Shown one piece after another: positions 45,728 to 55,155 of a DNA stretch of 64,000 nt. The notes under the pieces are model-generated. The model saw only the letters and a program-made list of their open reading frames with translations, had not been told where the DNA came from and ran no database searches. The translations under genes were made by a program, and so were the position numbers. Position 1 is the first letter of the stretch. Every line of letters starts with the position of its first letter. Source of the DNA: Thermoplasmata archaeon (GTDB lineage: Archaea; Thermoplasmatota; SW-10-69-26; JACQPN01; JAJPHT01); NCBI GenBank assembly GCA_034667685.1, contig JAXDQU010000034.1, positions 1 through 64,000 on the forward strand, written 5' to 3'.

Positions 45728-46165
45728 TCAGCCGCGGTTCCTGATCGCGATGACCTCGACGATCTTCACCGCGAGCGCGTCGTCGACGCCGAGGCTCTTC
45801 TGGATGCGCTCCAGGAAGGTCTTCTCCTGCGCGGCGACCTCGCCGTCGGCCATGATGAGGTCGGCGGCCATCGCGAAGGCCGTCGGCTTCAGGTTCGGCG
45901 TGACGGCGGCGCTGCTCATGTCCATGACCTTGCCCAGGCCGTCGCTGCGCGCCGTGCGGACGAGCTTCTCGAACATCTTGTTGATGTCGCGGTTGCTCAT
46001 GCCGCCGTAGAGCTTCATGCGGCCCAGCGTGGTGGCGAGGCCGGCGGCCTCCTCCTCGGTGATGACGCCGTCGGCCGCGATGGCGCAGAGCGCGATGCCG
46101 GCGAAGCCCTCGGCCTCGGTGAGCTTGTCGGTGGTGCTGCCCAGGACCTTGTCGAAGAGACCCAT
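45728..46165 (-). CDS. TerB-family protein
   Basis: AIAADGVITEEE, MADGEVAAQEKTFL. Confidence 0.85.
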   Translation of the reverse strand: MGLFDKVLGSTTDKLTEAEGFAGIALCAIAADGVITEEEAAGLATTLGRMKLYGGMSNRDINKMFEKLVRTARSDGLGKVMDMSSAAVTPNLKPTAFAMAADLIMADGEVAAQEKTFLERIQKSLGVDDALAVKIVEVIAIRNRG

Positions 46166-46269
46166 GGGCGGGCCGAAGCCGGCGGTCCCGTTTGGGTTTT
46201 TCGCCCACCCCCTGCGCGGGCGGGAACCTATTTGGTCGCGTCCGCTTGGTGGCCTGCGGAGGCGGGGCG

Positions 46270-47670
46270 GTGCGCGCGGACGGATTCCTGGTCCTGGTCG
46301 TGCTGCTGGCGGGCTGCCTGGGGGCGCCGGGGGCGGAGGTGCGGCCGGCGGCGAACGAGCTGCCCTCGCTGGGTTGCGCGGCGTCGTGCCGGATCGCCAT
46401 CGACACGACGGCGGGCAGCGGCTGGGAGCCGCACGTGGCGGTGGACCCGCGCGATCCCTTGCACGTGGTCGTGGCGACGCGCACGCAGGGGTCGGGCGAC
46501 CTTCCGGGGACGTTCATGCTCTGGTTCGACCTGCACGTGACGCGGGACGGCGGCCGCACGTGGAACGTGACGTCGCTGCGTTACACGCGCCCGTTGGGCA
46601 GCAGCGCGGACCCGGACGCGCCCAACGTCGTGGGCGATCCGGTGCTGGCGTTCCTGCCGGACGGCACGCTCCTGGCGACGGGGGCGACGCTCCAGTACGT
46701 GGGCGTGACCCCGGGCGTCATCCGCGACGTGCGGCTCTACGTGGCCCGCTCCACCGATGGGGGCGACCGCTTCGACGAGCCCGTCACGATCGCGCGAAGC
46801 GAGGGGTTCGCGGTCGCGGCCGCGGTCCCGGGCGCGCCGGTCCCGCCCGCCGAAGTCGACGCGCTGCTGAGGATGCCCGACAAGCCGTGGCTCACCGCGG
46901 GCCCGGATGGCACGGCGCTTCTCACGTGGACGAGCTTCGTGATCCATCCGGCGGACGATCCGACGGCCTCGCGCGGGGACATCCTCTACGCCGCGTCGCG
47001 CGACGGGGGCCGGACGTGGAGCGAGCCGGGCCTCGTCGCGCGGGGCGGCAGCCTCCAGGGCTCCTCGTCCGGCATCGGGCAGGACGGCGCGTGGTACGTC
47101 GCCTACGACGACACCGCGGCGCGGATGACGCACGTCGCGGCCTCGCGCGACCAGGGCGCCACGTGGCGCGACCGCGCGGTGGCGCCCGACGCGTGGATGC
47201 CCTCGCTCGCGGTCGCGCGCGGCGCGGCGCACGATCGCCTCTTCCTCGCGACGGGCGCGCCGGCGGGCGCGGGGCAGCAGGACGCGATCCCCCAGGTCCC
47301 GACGCTGCGCTGGTCGGATGACGAAGGCGCGACGTGGAGCGACCCGGTGGCGCTCGACGCGCCCGAGGCGCCCGGACGCGTGCTCCCCTCCGTCGCGGCG
47401 GACGCGCGCGGCGTGGCCTACGTGACCTTCGCGCACGCCCGGGGGCAGGGCGCCTCGGCCACGAGCGAATTCCGCGCCGTCGCCCTCGCGCCCGGCCGAT
47501 GGCGCGCCGACGCGCTCCTCGATCCCAGCATCGCGGCGCCCACGTCGGGCCTGGGCGATTATCTCGGGCTCGCCCCCGCCCCCACGGGCGCCTTCGCGGT
47601 GTGGACGGCCACGAACGGCAAGTCGTTCGACACGGTGGGCGCCATGCTCCAGGCGAACGCGCCGGGCTGA
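46270..47670 (+). CDS. Lipoprotein, BNR/Asp-box (sialidase-like) beta-propeller
   Basis: LLAGC lipobox; TRDGGRTW, STDGGDRF, SRDGGRTW, SRDQGATW, SDDEGATW; GDYLG. Confidence 0.82.
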   Translation: MRADGFLVLVVLLAGCLGAPGAEVRPAANELPSLGCAASCRIAIDTTAGSGWEPHVAVDPRDPLHVVVATRTQGSGDLPGTFMLWFDLHVTRDGGRTWNVTSLRYTRPLGSSADPDAPNVVGDPVLAFLPDGTLLATGATLQYVGVTPGVIRDVRLYVARSTDGGDRFDEPVTIARSEGFAVAAAVPGAPVPPAEVDALLRMPDKPWLTAGPDGTALLTWTSFVIHPADDPTASRGDILYAASRDGGRTWSEPGLVARGGSLQGSSSGIGQDGAWYVAYDDTAARMTHVAASRDQGATWRDRAVAPDAWMPSLAVARGAAHDRLFLATGAPAGAGQQDAIPQVPTLRWSDDEGATWSDPVALDAPEAPGRVLPSVAADARGVAYVTFAHARGQGASATSEFRAVALAPGRWRADALLDPSIAAPTSGLGDYLGLAPAPTGAFAVWTATNGKSFDTVGAMLQANAPG

Positions 47671-47778
47671 AGGCATGTACCTGCCGAGGGGCGGGCTTAT
47701 GTTGGAGTAACGCGATGGAGCGCGGGGCGTCTCATCGCGCGGGGAATCTCATCCCGCGTCCTGGGGCTCCCGACTAAC

Positions 47779-49434
47779 ATGATCAGGGAGGTTGGCGAGA
47801 TGTCGTCGGATTTTGGATCAGATCGGCACGTGGGCGTCGTGGTCGTCGGGCTTGCTCTCCTGCTGCCCTCGCTTTTCGTGGCCGGCCCGGCCGCGGCGGA
47901 CTCGGTGAGGGACCGCGGGGTGGTCTTCCCCGCGGGGTGCGGGCCCGGCTACGGGAGCGTCGTCTGGGACGGCCATGAGGCGTACGTGTTCTGCGGGACG
48001 AGCACCCAGATCGTGCGGTACGATCCCGCGACGAACGCGGCCACGGTGATGGGCGCCCACATGCCCGCGGCGCGCGCCTACACGGCGGCCGTGTGGATCG
48101 GGGACAGCGCCTACATTTTCGGGGGGTTCGCGTCGGGCGTCACCACGGGCCAGGTGTTGCGCTATACGCCGGCGACGGACGCCGCGCCCGCGGTCGTGGG
48201 CGACCTGGCGTCGATGGGCTGGGGGACGCTCTATCGAGCCAGCGCGGTCACCGACGGGACCAACGCGTACCTTCTGGGCGGCGTGTACGACCAGGGATCG
48301 TGCTCGACCCGCGAGCTCGTCTTCTACCCCGCGACGAACCAGGCCTGGCAGGCCGGGACGCTCCCGTCGAGCTACTGCGGGACCAGCGCCGTGGCGGACG
48401 GCCACGGCTACGCCTTCCTCTTCGGAGGTGGCGACGGCAACGGGTTCACGAGCCAGATCGTCGAGGTCTGCCTTTGCGGGACGACGGGCCAGCCCAACGG
48501 CAACGTCGTGGGCGCGCTTCCCAGCCCCCGCGATGCCACGAGCGCCGCCTGGGACGGGACGTACGCCTACGTGTTCGGCGGCGACGTGCAGGTGGGCTCG
48601 GGATCCTCGTTCAACCCGAGCCGCGACGTGGTGCGCGTCAAGACGAACACCTTCGCGTCCATCTTGTCCGGCGACGTCGTGCGCATGAGCGCCCCGCTTC
48701 CGGCCGCCACCGACTACACGGTTGCCGTGTGGGACGGGAGCGGGGCGGACGTCTTCACCACGAGCGGGAGCGTGCTGCGCTACACGCTGGAGCCCGGCGC
48801 GCCGCAGGGCCTGGTGGCCTCGGCGGGCACGGGCTCGGTCTCGCTCCAGTGGCAGCCGCCCTCCGCCAGCTCGTACTCGTCGGCGCCCACGGGCTACCGC
48901 GTCTATCGCGGGACGCCGGGGGCGGAGGCGCTCGTCGCGGAGCTGGGCGTCGCGTCGAGCTACGTCGACTCGGGGCTCACCGACGGCCAGCGTTACTTCT
49001 ATCGCGTCGCCGCCGTGAATCCCTCGGGCGAGAGCCCGTGGTCGGAGGAGGTCTCCGCCATCCCCCTGGGCGTTCCGGGCGCGCCGCGCGACCTGGCCGC
49101 GACGCCCCGAGCGCTGGCTTCCGCGCCGGGGCAGGCGCCCGCGATCCATCTCTCATGGGATCCGCCCGCGTCGGAGGGCGGCACGCCGGTGCTCGAATAT
49201 CGCATCTACCGGACCGGGGGCGGCGTGGAGCGTCTCCTGGGCAGCGCGGGCGGGACCGCGACGAGCTTCGACGACGCATGGCTCCCCGACGCATCGTGGG
49301 CGCCCAACGGGGGCTACGCCTACCGCGTCTCGGCGCGGAACGCCGTGGGCGAGGGCGATCCCTCCGCGACCGTCTCCTGCCGGCCGCAGGACGCGCTCTT
49401 CGCGCCGGTGGGCACCTGCGACAGGCTGGTCTAG
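47779..49434 (+). CDS. Secreted Kelch-repeat protein with two fibronectin type III domains
   Basis: Repeated (A)YxFGG..Y.P motifs; two PGAP..L..W..P..YRVYR..Y.YRV.A.N..GE modules. Confidence 0.85.
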   Translation: MIREVGEMSSDFGSDRHVGVVVVGLALLLPSLFVAGPAAADSVRDRGVVFPAGCGPGYGSVVWDGHEAYVFCGTSTQIVRYDPATNAATVMGAHMPAARAYTAAVWIGDSAYIFGGFASGVTTGQVLRYTPATDAAPAVVGDLASMGWGTLYRASAVTDGTNAYLLGGVYDQGSCSTRELVFYPATNQAWQAGTLPSSYCGTSAVADGHGYAFLFGGGDGNGFTSQIVEVCLCGTTGQPNGNVVGALPSPRDATSAAWDGTYAYVFGGDVQVGSGSSFNPSRDVVRVKTNTFASILSGDVVRMSAPLPAATDYTVAVWDGSGADVFTTSGSVLRYTLEPGAPQGLVASAGTGSVSLQWQPPSASSYSSAPTGYRVYRGTPGAEALVAELGVASSYVDSGLTDGQRYFYRVAAVNPSGESPWSEEVSAIPLGVPGAPRDLAATPRALASAPGQAPAIHLSWDPPASEGGTPVLEYRIYRTGGGVERLLGSAGGTATSFDDAWLPDASWAPNGGYAYRVSARNAVGEGDPSATVSCRPQDALFAPVGTCDRLV

Positions 49435-49492
49435 GGCCTGTTTCATCGCCCCTCTCAACCGCCTGCGAGGTTTTCTTTCGATGTTCCGTGCG

Positions 49493-49582
49493 GCGCTTCG
49501 CTGACCGCCAACACGCCATCACGCCAAGACGCCAACACGCCGCGTGTTGGCGTCTTGGCGTGATGGCGGAACGCGAAGCCGC
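49493..49582. repeat. Intergenic palindrome, family A
   Basis: CCGCCAACACGCCATCACGCCAAGACGCCAACACGC/GCGTGTTGGCGTCTTGGCGTGATGGCGG. Confidence 0.88.
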
Positions 49583-49704
49583 GGCCCAAGCAGGGCACCC
49601 CTCGCCGCGCTCGGGTGGACGTCGGCGCAACCGCGACAGAGGTCGTGAGAAAGCCTCTCGCCGCTCGCGCAGCCTACATCCGTCAGCGCGCGCTTGGGGC
49701 CGGC

Positions 49705-50697
49705 GTGCCCGTCGAGGTGCTCCATCATCCGGACTGCTTGCAGCATGCGCCGCCGGAGCCCGGCCACGTGGAGCGGCCGGACCGGCTTCGCAGCGTGGTG
49801 GAGGCGCTCGGGCACCTGCCCGACGTGACGTGGGGGACGGCCGAGGCGCTGCCGCGCGAGGCGCTGCTCGCGGCGCACGAGGAATCGCACGTGCGCCGCG
49901 TGGAGGAGGCGTGCCGCAAGGGCGCGTGGCTCGACGCCGACACGTACACCTCGCCGCACTCGTGGGACGCGGCGCTGCGCGGCGCGGGGCTGGCGGTGCA
50001 CGCGGCGCGCGCGGCGGAGCAGGGGCGGGCGGCGTTCGCGCTGCCGCGGCCGCCGGGGCACCACGCGACCCGTTCGACGCCGATGGGATTCTGCCTGTTC
50101 AACAACGTGGCGCTCGCGGCGCAGGACCTGGCGTCGCGCGGCAAGCGCGTGGCGATCGTGGACCTGGACGTGCACCACGGCAACGGCACGCAAGACATCT
50201 TCTGGGAGCGCGGCGACGTGCTCTTCGTCTCGATGCACGGCTCGCCGCTGTATCCGGGGACGGGCGCGGTGGAGGAGCGGGGCGCGCACCAGGGCATCGG
50301 CGCGACGCTGAACCTCCCGGTGCCGGCGAACACGGGGCACGAAGGATGGATGGACGTGTTCGCGCGCGCGGCGCTGCCCAAGGTCCGCCACTTCGCGCCC
50401 GACGTCATCCTGGTCTCGGCGGGGTTCGACGCGCACAAGAACGACCCGATCGGGAACTGCCTGCTCGTCGCGCAGAGCTATCACGCGTGCGTGGCGGCGC
50501 TCCGCGAGGCCCAGCCGCGCATCGCGGCGGTGCTCGAAGGCGGCTACGACCTGGAGGCGCTGGGGATGGGCGCCGCCGCGACGGCCGCCGCGCTCGCGGG
50601 GCAGCCTTGTCCCGTGACGGAGGAGGCGCCGGCGGGCGAGCGGCCGTGGGCTTCGCTGGAGGCGCGCGTGCTCGCCGCGCACCCGGACCTCGCCTAA
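49705..50697 (+). CDS. Histone deacetylase-family (AcuC/APAH-like) amidohydrolase
   Basis: [35 protein letters not shown]. Confidence 0.93.
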   Translation: MPVEVLHHPDCLQHAPPEPGHVERPDRLRSVVEALGHLPDVTWGTAEALPREALLAAHEESHVRRVEEACRKGAWLDADTYTSPHSWDAALRGAGLAVHAARAAEQGRAAFALPRPPGHHATRSTPMGFCLFNNVALAAQDLASRGKRVAIVDLDVHHGNGTQDIFWERGDVLFVSMHGSPLYPGTGAVEERGAHQGIGATLNLPVPANTGHEGWMDVFARAALPKVRHFAPDVILVSAGFDAHKNDPIGNCLLVAQSYHACVAALREAQPRIAAVLEGGYDLEALGMGAAATAAALAGQPCPVTEEAPAGERPWASLEARVLAAHPDLA

Positions 50698-50729
50698 GGA
50701 TTATCCCACGAGGCGAAGCTCCGCGCCGC

Positions 50730-51830
50730 GTGAGCTTCCGCCCGCTCGAAGGCATCCGCGTCCTCGACCTCACGCGCCTGCTGCCGGGGCCCTACCTCTC
50801 GCAGTGCCTGACGGACCTGGGCGCGGACGTCGTGAAGCTGGAGGAGCCGGGCGCGGGCGACCCGGCGCGCCTGATCGAGGGCTCCTTCGCGGCGGTGAAC
50901 CGCGGCAAGCGCAGCATGGCGATGGACCTGAAGGCGCGCGGCGCGTCCGAGGCGCTGCTGCGCATGCTCCCCTCCTTCGACGCGCTGCTCGAGTCGTTCC
51001 GGCCCGGCGTCATGGCGCGGCTGGGCCTCGCCGACGCGGAGCTGGCGCGCGCGAACCCGCGCCTGGTGCGCGTGAGCCTCGTGGGCTACGGGCCGGGGCC
51101 GCTGCGCGACGCCGTGGGACATGATATCAACTACGAGGCGGTGGCCGGCGTGCTCGCCGCGCAGGGCGACCTGCGCGCGCCGGTCCTCTCGGCCGTGCAG
51201 GTGGCGGACGTGGGCGGCGCGCTCTACGCGCTGGCGGCCACGATGGGCGCGCTGCTGGAGCGCGAGCGCACCGGGCGCGGGCGCCACGTCGAGGTCGCGC
51301 TGGCAGACGCGGCGCTGGCGATGAACGTCCTGAACGCGCAGCGCGGCGCGGGCGAGGCGCCGGCGCGCGGCGGCGGGGACCTGACCGGCGGCATCCCGAG
51401 CTATCGGCTCTACCGCTGCCGCGACGGGCGCTTCCTCGCGCTGGGATGCCTGGAGCCGAGGTTCTGGGCGCGCTTCTGCGAGGCGGTGGGCAAGGCCGAG
51501 CTCGCGCCGCTGCACGCCGAGCGCTCGCGCGGCGCGCACCTGGAGGTCGAGGCGCTCTTCGCGTCGCGCACCTCGCACGAATGGGAGGCGCTCCTGGGCA
51601 AGGCCGGCGTGCCCGCGACGCTCGTCGTCGAGCCGCGCGAGACCGCCCCGCTCTTCCCGCGCTTCGAGGGGGCGCCCGGGCCCGGCTCGCCGCTTACGCA
51701 TCGCCCCAGCCACGGCAAGCCCCCCGCGCTGGGCGAGCACACCGACGAGGTGCTCCGCGAGGCCGGCTTCCGCGACGAGGAGATCGCGGCGCTGCGCGAG
51801 GCGGGCGCCCTGGGCCCCCAAGGAGCCTAG
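50730..51830 (+). CDS. CaiB/BaiF family III CoA-transferase
   Basis: PLEGIRVLDL..LPGP, DLGADVVK, NRGKRS, ESFRPG, GHDINY, PALGEHT. Confidence 0.92.
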   Translation: MSFRPLEGIRVLDLTRLLPGPYLSQCLTDLGADVVKLEEPGAGDPARLIEGSFAAVNRGKRSMAMDLKARGASEALLRMLPSFDALLESFRPGVMARLGLADAELARANPRLVRVSLVGYGPGPLRDAVGHDINYEAVAGVLAAQGDLRAPVLSAVQVADVGGALYALAATMGALLERERTGRGRHVEVALADAALAMNVLNAQRGAGEAPARGGGDLTGGIPSYRLYRCRDGRFLALGCLEPRFWARFCEAVGKAELAPLHAERSRGAHLEVEALFASRTSHEWEALLGKAGVPATLVVEPRETAPLFPRFEGAPGPGSPLTHRPSHGKPPALGEHTDEVLREAGFRDEEIAALREAGALGPQGA

Positions 51831-51866
51831 AAAACCTTTTTGCGGCTCCCCCCGTCCCGGCGACCG

Positions 51867-53108
51867 ATGGCCCTTCCTGCCTGGCTGCGCGACCTGCTGG
51901 TCCTCGCCGCGGTGTTCGCGGTCCTGCTCGGAGGGCTCTACGCCTACACGGGCACGTGGCCCCCGGCGGTGATCGTCGAGAGCGGCTCGATGATGCACAA
52001 GGAGTGCGCCGCAGGCCTCGCGCCGCCCGCGTGCGACGACCACGTCACGTACGGGCGGTTCGGCACCATCGACCCGGGCGACCTCGTGCTCGTGAAGCAC
52101 GTCGTCACGGCAGACGACATCATGACGCTCTCGGAGAACGGACCGACGCACTACGGCAAGCCGGGCGACGTCGTCGTCTACTATCCGGCGAACAACCGCG
52201 AGCGCACGCCGATCATCCATCGCGCCGTCGCGTACGTCGAGGTCACCGGCTCGGGCAGCGGCACGCAGTACTGGGTCCGCTGGAGCGACGATGGCGCGTG
52301 CGAGGGCGGCGCGACGAAGGTCGTCCGCGGCAACGCCACCGCCGACATGCCCGCGTTCGGCTCGCGCGACAACCACTCGTGGTGCGTCTACGACCACAAC
52401 GGCGTGCTCATCCCCAGCATCCCCATCGAGGCCTCCGGCAGCGGCGGCTCGCCCCGTCCCTACCAGCCGCTGCGCAGCGGCTTCTTCACGAAGGGCGACA
52501 ACCCCGCGACCAACCAGCTTCCCGACCAGTTCTCCAGCATCTCGGTCGACGAGCACGGCATCCCCAACACCGTCGTGATGAGCTGGGTCGAGGGCAAGGC
52601 GCGCGGCGAGCTTCCGTGGCTGGGCCTCATCAAGCTCAGCCTCGCCGGCAAGCCCAACGAGGTCAACCCGCCGCGCGAGTGGGTCAAGATCGGCAGCGCC
52701 TACGCCCCCAAGGACCTCTGGGTCATGCTGGGCGTCTCGCTCTTCGTGCTCGTGGGCGTCCCGCTCATCTACGACGGCTACAAGGCCGTCCAGGCCCGCC
52801 GCGGCAAGGGCACCGGCGCGCCCGGCGCTCCGCTTGACGTCGGCGGCCATGGCGCCGGGCCCGATAGCGTCGAGCTCCACTGGCGCGCGCCCACCGAAGG
52901 CGCCCCGCCCGCGAGCTATCACGTCTACCGCGGCCAGGCGCGCGTGGGCACGACGCAGGAGACGCGCTTCGCCGACACCGGCCTCGTCCCCGGCGTCAGC
53001 TACGTGTACGCCGTGAGCGCCGTCGACGCGAACGGGGCCGAGGGGCCGCGCTCGCCGATGGTGAGCGTGGCGACGGAGCCCTCGCCGCCCGCGTCGGGCG
53101 GGGCGTAG
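51867..53108 (+). CDS. Archaeal S26B signal peptidase with C-terminal FN3 domain
   Basis: VESGSM (Ser), IIHRA (His), TKGDN; second TM followed by FN3 (W..P..YHVYR..Y.YAVSAV). Confidence 0.85.
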   Translation: MALPAWLRDLLVLAAVFAVLLGGLYAYTGTWPPAVIVESGSMMHKECAAGLAPPACDDHVTYGRFGTIDPGDLVLVKHVVTADDIMTLSENGPTHYGKPGDVVVYYPANNRERTPIIHRAVAYVEVTGSGSGTQYWVRWSDDGACEGGATKVVRGNATADMPAFGSRDNHSWCVYDHNGVLIPSIPIEASGSGGSPRPYQPLRSGFFTKGDNPATNQLPDQFSSISVDEHGIPNTVVMSWVEGKARGELPWLGLIKLSLAGKPNEVNPPREWVKIGSAYAPKDLWVMLGVSLFVLVGVPLIYDGYKAVQARRGKGTGAPGAPLDVGGHGAGPDSVELHWRAPTEGAPPASYHVYRGQARVGTTQETRFADTGLVPGVSYVYAVSAVDANGAEGPRSPMVSVATEPSPPASGGA

Positions 53109-53119
53109 GCGCTCCGGCC

Positions 53120-53212
53120 CCCGAAGAATCCCGGATCACGGACGTCCGTGATTCGGAGATTCGGTGATTCGCGTCTCCAGAGGGGGGTCCGGGGGGACGC
53201 TTCCCCCCCGAC
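53120..53212. repeat. Intergenic palindrome (GAATCMCG units) plus GGGGGTCCGGGGGG..CCCCCC REP-like element
   Basis: GAATCCCGGATCACGGACGTCCGTGATTCGGAGATTC, then GGGGGGTCCGGGGGGACGCTTCCCCCC; a similar element lies at about 38903-38928. Confidence 0.7.
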
Positions 53213-53250
53213 CCGAGAGAAGAACGATATCGGTACGACCGGAGCCTGGC

Positions 53251-54351
53251 TCATCCTGACTTGGGATCGAGCAGCACCACTTTGCCCTTCGTCGTTACGT
53301 TCACGGGCCCGCCGATCCCGAGCACGGCGCGCGCCTCGGGCGTGTGCAGCCCCTTGACGCGCGCGAGGTCGGCGCTCGACAATTCGGACACCGCACGCGC
53401 GATCCGCTTGCCTTCGCTTTCGACGTCCACGACGCTCTCGACGTCGAAGGTCCCCTCGACGTCCACGACGCCCGTGGGGAGGAGGTGCTTGCCGGCGGCC
53501 AGCGCGCGTGCCGCGCCCGCGTCCACGCGCACGACGCCCGCGGGGCGCGCGAGGAGGAGCCAGCGCCGGGCGCCGCTGGCGCGGGAGCGCGGCGCGAAGC
53601 GCGTGCCGATCTTCTCCCCCGCGACGAGGCGTGATAGCACGCGCGCCTCGCGCCCCGCGGCGATGACGACGGCGCACCCGTTCTCCATCGCGAGGGCGGC
53701 CGCGTCGAGCTTGCTGCCCATCCCGCCGCGGCCGCCGCTGCTGGTCTTCGCGCCGGCCATGGCGCGCACCTTGGCGTCCACGTCCTCGACGAGGGGGACG
53801 AGCGTGGCGCCGGGCTCGGAGGGCGGCTTGGTGTAGAGCCCTGCGACGTCGCTGAGGATCACGAGCAGGTCGGCCTCCATCTTGGTCGCCACGAGCGCGC
53901 TGAGACGATCGTTGTCGCCGAACCCGGCGTCGATCTCCTGGATGCTCACCGTGTCGTTCTCGTTGACGACGGGGACGACGCCCATCTCCAGGATCTTGCG
54001 CATCGCCTCGCGCATGTGGAGATAGCTTTCCCGCGCGGCGAACGTGTGGTAGGTCAGGAGCACCTGCGCGACGTGCTGGCGGCGCCGCCCGAACGCCGCG
54101 GCCCAGTCCTGCATCAGGCGCGCCTGGCCCACCGCGGCGCAGACCTGCCGCACGCGCACGTCGCGCGGCTTCTCCTTGATGCCCAGGATGTGGCGTCCCG
54201 TGCCGATGGCGCCGCTGGTGACGAGGATCACGTCGTGCCCCGCGTCGCGCAGGTCGCAGATCTCGTCCGCCAGCGCCGCCATGTACCACGGGTCCGGCCG
54301 GTCGAGCGGCCCGTTGAGCGTGTTCGTGCCGACCTTCACCACGATCCGCAT
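53251..54351 (-). CDS. proB: Glutamate 5-kinase with PUA domain
   Basis: IVVKVGT, VTSGAI, AAVGQ, NENDTV, FGDND, GGMGSK. Confidence 0.95.
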   Translation of the reverse strand: MRIVVKVGTNTLNGPLDRPDPWYMAALADEICDLRDAGHDVILVTSGAIGTGRHILGIKEKPRDVRVRQVCAAVGQARLMQDWAAAFGRRRQHVAQVLLTYHTFAARESYLHMREAMRKILEMGVVPVVNENDTVSIQEIDAGFGDNDRLSALVATKMEADLLVILSDVAGLYTKPPSEPGATLVPLVEDVDAKVRAMAGAKTSSGGRGGMGSKLDAAALAMENGCAVVIAAGREARVLSRLVAGEKIGTRFAPRSRASGARRWLLLARPAGVVRVDAGAARALAAGKHLLPTGVVDVEGTFDVESVVDVESEGKRIARAVSELSSADLARVKGLHTPEARAVLGIGGPVNVTTKGKVVLLDPKSG

Positions 54352-54365
54352 CGTCTTGCCCTCCG

Positions 54366-55097
54366 TCACGAGAGATCCTGGAGGATCGCGCGCTCCTGCG
54401 CGGGCGTGAGCTGCCGATCCCAGGCCGCGATCCACGCCAGGCTCGCGCTGGAGGGAGGGCTCGACGCGTCGTCCATCCAGGTCCCGAACCAGACCTGCCG
54501 CACGTCCGCGGGGCGCACCTGCACGTCCGCGCGCGCGACCGACGCGACGAGGTGGCTGGCGTCGTCCCACACCTGCGCCTCTGCCGTTCCGTCGGCGCGC
54601 AGGTCGAGCCGCACCGTGTAATCCATCTCGGGAAGCGGGCGCGGGCCGAAGAACGTGGGCTGCCACTGGACCGAGCTGGAGTTCGCGCAGAGGCAGAACC
54701 CTTCGGCGTCCAGCTCGACGCCCGCCCACGTGGTCGGCCCCGCGAGGTACACGCCGGTGCGGTAGAGCGTGTGGACGCGGACCTTCGCCTCCAGGACGAG
54801 GCCGTCGGCGCGCCCCTCGATCGCGTGCGCCGCGCCGAACGCGCTGAGCGTCCCGGGCCGCACGGCGACCCGCATCTCTCCCTCCGAGATGGAAGCCTGC
54901 CCCTCGACCGCGTCGGCGCGCGGGTACCAGAAGCCCTTCGTCCAGGCGCCCGACGCGAGGCCGTCCGCCGTGAACGGGTCGGCGACGAGGGCCGCGCCGT
55001 GGGAGCCGGACGCGGGCGCGTCGATCCCGGGCGCGGTGGCGCACCCCGCGGCGAGGACGGCGAGGGCGACGAGGGCAAGAGACGGGCGGCTGCGCAC
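54366..55097 (-). CDS. Lipoprotein with beta-sandwich (lectin-like) domain
   Basis: Lipobox LAAGC; beta-rich Trp-containing mature region; lies between proA and proB. Confidence 0.6.
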   Translation of the reverse strand: MRSRPSLALVALAVLAAGCATAPGIDAPASGSHGAALVADPFTADGLASGAWTKGFWYPRADAVEGQASISEGEMRVAVRPGTLSAFGAAHAIEGRADGLVLEAKVRVHTLYRTGVYLAGPTTWAGVELDAEGFCLCANSSSVQWQPTFFGPRPLPEMDYTVRLDLRADGTAEAQVWDDASHLVASVARADVQVRPADVRQVWFGTWMDDASSPPSSASLAWIAAWDRQLTPAQERAILQDLS

Positions 55098-55155
55098 GCG
55101 GCGCGAGCGCGCGGCCGCAGCATGAAGCTGGCGAACGCGCCGGGCCCCGCCGACG

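Noticed and set aside
49705-50697. HDAC as evidence of eukaryote-like chromatin regulation alongside the PHD-like finger
   Set aside because: HDAC-family deacetylases are widespread in prokaryotes and the genes are 7 kb apart with no visible link.
48093-51830. 1245-aa ORF and other very long Arg/Ala/Pro-rich ORFs (e.g. 975-3710, 14702-17527, 28102-30450, 53000-55663)
   Set aside because: Shadow frames typical of very high GC DNA; they overlap well-supported genes. Only sub-segments such as 50730-51830 are real.
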